Of a stretch of DNA of 64,000 nucleotides, positions 61,495-64,000 are shown one piece after another. Made by a program: the position numbers and the translations under genes. Every line of letters starts with the position of its first letter. Position 1 is the first letter of the stretch. The stretch comes from Mobula hypostoma (taxonomy: Eukaryota), in assembly GCF_963921235.1 (NCBI RefSeq), contig NC_086109.1, positions 7,070,001-7,134,000 of the forward strand, in the 5' to 3' direction. The notes under the pieces are model-generated. The model was not told the origin of the DNA. It saw only the letters and a list, made by a program, of their open reading frames with translations, and did no database searches.

Positions 61495-62068
61495 CTTAAG
61501 ACATAGAAGCAGGATTAGGCCATTCATCTCATCACATCTGCTCCACGTTTATTTCATGGCTGATTCATAATCCCTCTCAACCTCATTCTCCTGCCTTCTC
61601 CCTATAACTTTTGACACCCTTACTAATCAAGAATCTATAAACCTCTGTCTTAAATACACCAAAGGACCTGGCCTCCACTGCCATCTGCGGCAATGAATAC
61701 TACAGATACACCATCCTCCGGCTACAGAAATTCTTCCTCATCTTTGTTCTAAAGTGATGTCCCTCTATTCTGAGTCTGTGCCCTCTGGCCTGAGACTCCC
61801 CCACTGTAGGAAATAACCTCTCCACATTCAGTCTATCTAGGCCTTTTGATACTTGATAGGTTTCACTGAGGTCTCCCCTCAATTCTTCTAAATTCTCAGT
61901 GAGTACAGCCCCGGAGCCATCAAATGCTCCTTATATGTTAACCCTTTCATTCCTGGGATCATTTTTGTGAACCCCTTCCGAACCCTCCCTAGTGCCAACA
62001 CATCCTTTCTTGGGTAAGGGGCCCAAAACTAGTCACCATATTCCAAGTCCGGTCCGATCAATGCTTTA
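61495..62068 (-). mobile_element. CR1 LINE 3' fragment
   Basis: RGDLSETYQVSKGLDRLNVERLFP peptide and 3' UTR/tail. Confidence 0.8.
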
Positions 62069-63125
62069 AATGAATTTCTGTGTTAAGCAAACACCAGAGC
62101 TCACCTTTTGGAATTTCAGGAAGCCCTGACCCGGTAATCCGAAGGTAATACAGAGATTTCAGCCCTTTGAAGGTTCCTTTGGCAATCCCCTTTGGCAGCA
62201 ATGGATTTCTGCTTAATTCTGCAGGGGTTAGAGAGAGTTGTTTAGACAGAAAAACCTATTCATTGGAATTTTCTCTTTAAACATTTTGAAAAGATTTCAA
62301 GAACCACTTAGAAGTTTAGTAATACCCTTGTGGCCCACTTTACCTTTCCTTAACCAGCTAGGATTACAAGACTATTAAGACTGGCAGAAACAGCTTAAGA
62401 CTGCTTTGCATTCAATGAGGCCATGGTCAATCCTTTATTGAATCATAGAATTGTACAGCACAGCACCAGGTCCACCACCTCAACCATGCCGATTAAGATG
62501 TCTATCCATCCAGGGGATCCAAACCTGGGGTCCATGGACCTCTTGGTTAGCGGTAGGGATCCATGGCATGAAAAAGGTTGGGGTCCACTGCGTTTGACCC
62601 CGACTCCTCTATCCTTTCCTATCCATGCGCCTGTCCAAATGCCCTTTAAACACTGTAATTGTACCTGCTTCTGCCACTTCCATTGGAAGGTCATTCCACC
62701 TACCCACCACCCTCTCTAGGAGCCATAGTCATGGGACACTACAGCACAGAAACAGGCCCTTCAGCCCATCCAGCCCATGCAACCTGGTATTCTGCCTAGT
62801 CCCATCTACTTGCAGCTGGACCATATCTCTCCAAACCCCTCCCATTCTATCTAAACTTCTCTTAAATATTGCAATTGAACCCTCATCTATTGTTGCATAT
62901 TTAGTATTTCAGTAATATTGTAAATATATTTTTCAATTAAGCTTTCTTTGTTGTTTATGTGGGTTATATGTAAAAGTATACAAATGGCATACGTCATTAC
63001 ACCACCACATGATAGATGTGCACCTTGCTTAAAGAAAAAAAGCAAAGTTAGACTCACATTTCAGACTCCTGCCAATTAGTTTAACTCTCCTTTCAATTAG
63101 TTTTATGTTTTGGAGGTAGGAAACA

Positions 63126-63574
63126 TGTGTGTTCGTCCATCGTCAACGTCGATGAGGACCTCAACACCATTATGATGGTGTCGAGACTAGCGCGTGATTT
63201 GGATTTAAGTGAGGGAGAGTTGCGCAGCGTCAGCCTCACTCTCTCTTCCCAATTCCCATCTGGATCCAGTGGCAAGACAAGAGTCGAGATGGCTGGAGAT
63301 GGGACTAGGTGCAGTGGATGACCAGGACGTCTTCTGTGTCTTGTCGTGCTCCACGTGTTCCATGACATTTGCAGAGACCACCTTGACCATTGGATCTTCT
63401 GTTGGTCTCGTCCGCTTAATCCACCAGAGTCTGTCTTCACATGCTGGGATAGACAACTCCCTATCTCACCGAGGGGTTGAGTCCCGTTGGCTACCCTCAC
63501 CTGGTTTAGCCGGCTTGTCGAAGCTGTTGCCCGGGGTGTGGCCGCTGTCGCATGCAAACAGCTACAGGGAGCCA
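63126..63574 (-). mobile_element. Family C element, 5'-truncated copy lacking the P1 and P2 5' strands, inserted into the start of the duplicated LTR
   Basis: Colinear with 50697-51300; flanked by AACAT and an expanded (TAACA)n. Confidence 0.8.
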
Positions 63575-63814
63575 TAACATAACATAACATAACAGTGGTG
63601 GAGAAGAGGTTTTCAGTGAATGTAAGACAACTTCCTACCTGTACAGCGAGACGATTGGGTTTAAAACAAGCACAGCAAGAAACAGACGAATTAAAAAAAA
63701 ACAGTGCAGCAAGTTTTTCCTTTGGAGCAGCAGATTTTCTTTGCAAAAGTAAAGTCAATCACGTAAAAAGAAAGGGTAGAAATGGACGAATTCATGGGGT
63801 CATAAACAGTGATA

Positions 63815-64000
63815 TCTGTGTTGGGACCACTACCTTTTAAGTTATATGTCAATGATTTGGATGTTGAAATTGATGGCTTTGTGGCCAAGTTTGTGGATAA
63901 TACAAAGACAGATGAAGAGACAGGTAGTGTTGAGGAAACAGAGAGGCGGCAGAAGGATATAGATTAGGAGAATGGGGCAAGAGGTGGCAGATGGAATACA
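63815..64000 (+). mobile_element. CR1 RT fragment running off the window end
   Basis: SVLGPLPF...YVNDLDVEIDGFVAKFVDNTK-like reading. Confidence 0.7.

Noticed and set aside
15530..64000. A neighbouring SLRP gene such as PRELP or OPTC
   Set aside because: No further LRR-coding exon is visible in the ORF track or sequence; short exons could have been missed

Overview
Eukaryotic vertebrate genomic DNA. The repeat content (HE1/V-type SINEs, CR1, Rex1/Babar, Penelope-derived palindromes) suggests a cartilaginous fish, probably a ray; this is inference. The only host protein-coding gene I can support is fibromodulin (FMOD) on the minus strand, with two coding exons (15407-14492 and 7946-7795, 355 aa). 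Its non-coding exon 1 is not identified. The rest is a dense, nested mosaic of transposable elements: CR1, Rex1/Babar, a near full-length Vingi LINE, a degraded Gypsy element with LTR and PBS, solo LTRs, hAT and Tc1 MITEs, SINEs and minisatellites. The most interesting unannotated layer is catalytic RNA. A short non-coding retroelement begins exactly at the P1 strand of an HDV-like ribozyme that carries an unusual stem-loop inserted in L3 (51219-51404, minus). A second HDV-like fold heads an RTE-derived element (45429-45589), and many Penelope-type minimal hammerhead motifs occur, with intact cores at 48477-48512 and 50251-50283. Also seen: palindromic Penelope insertions with 13-14 bp TSDs, a non-tRNA retroposon family, a 0.6 kb inverted duplication about 27 kb apart, and an NF-kB/IRF motif cluster upstream of FMOD. 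All structures and family calls were made by eye and are untested.
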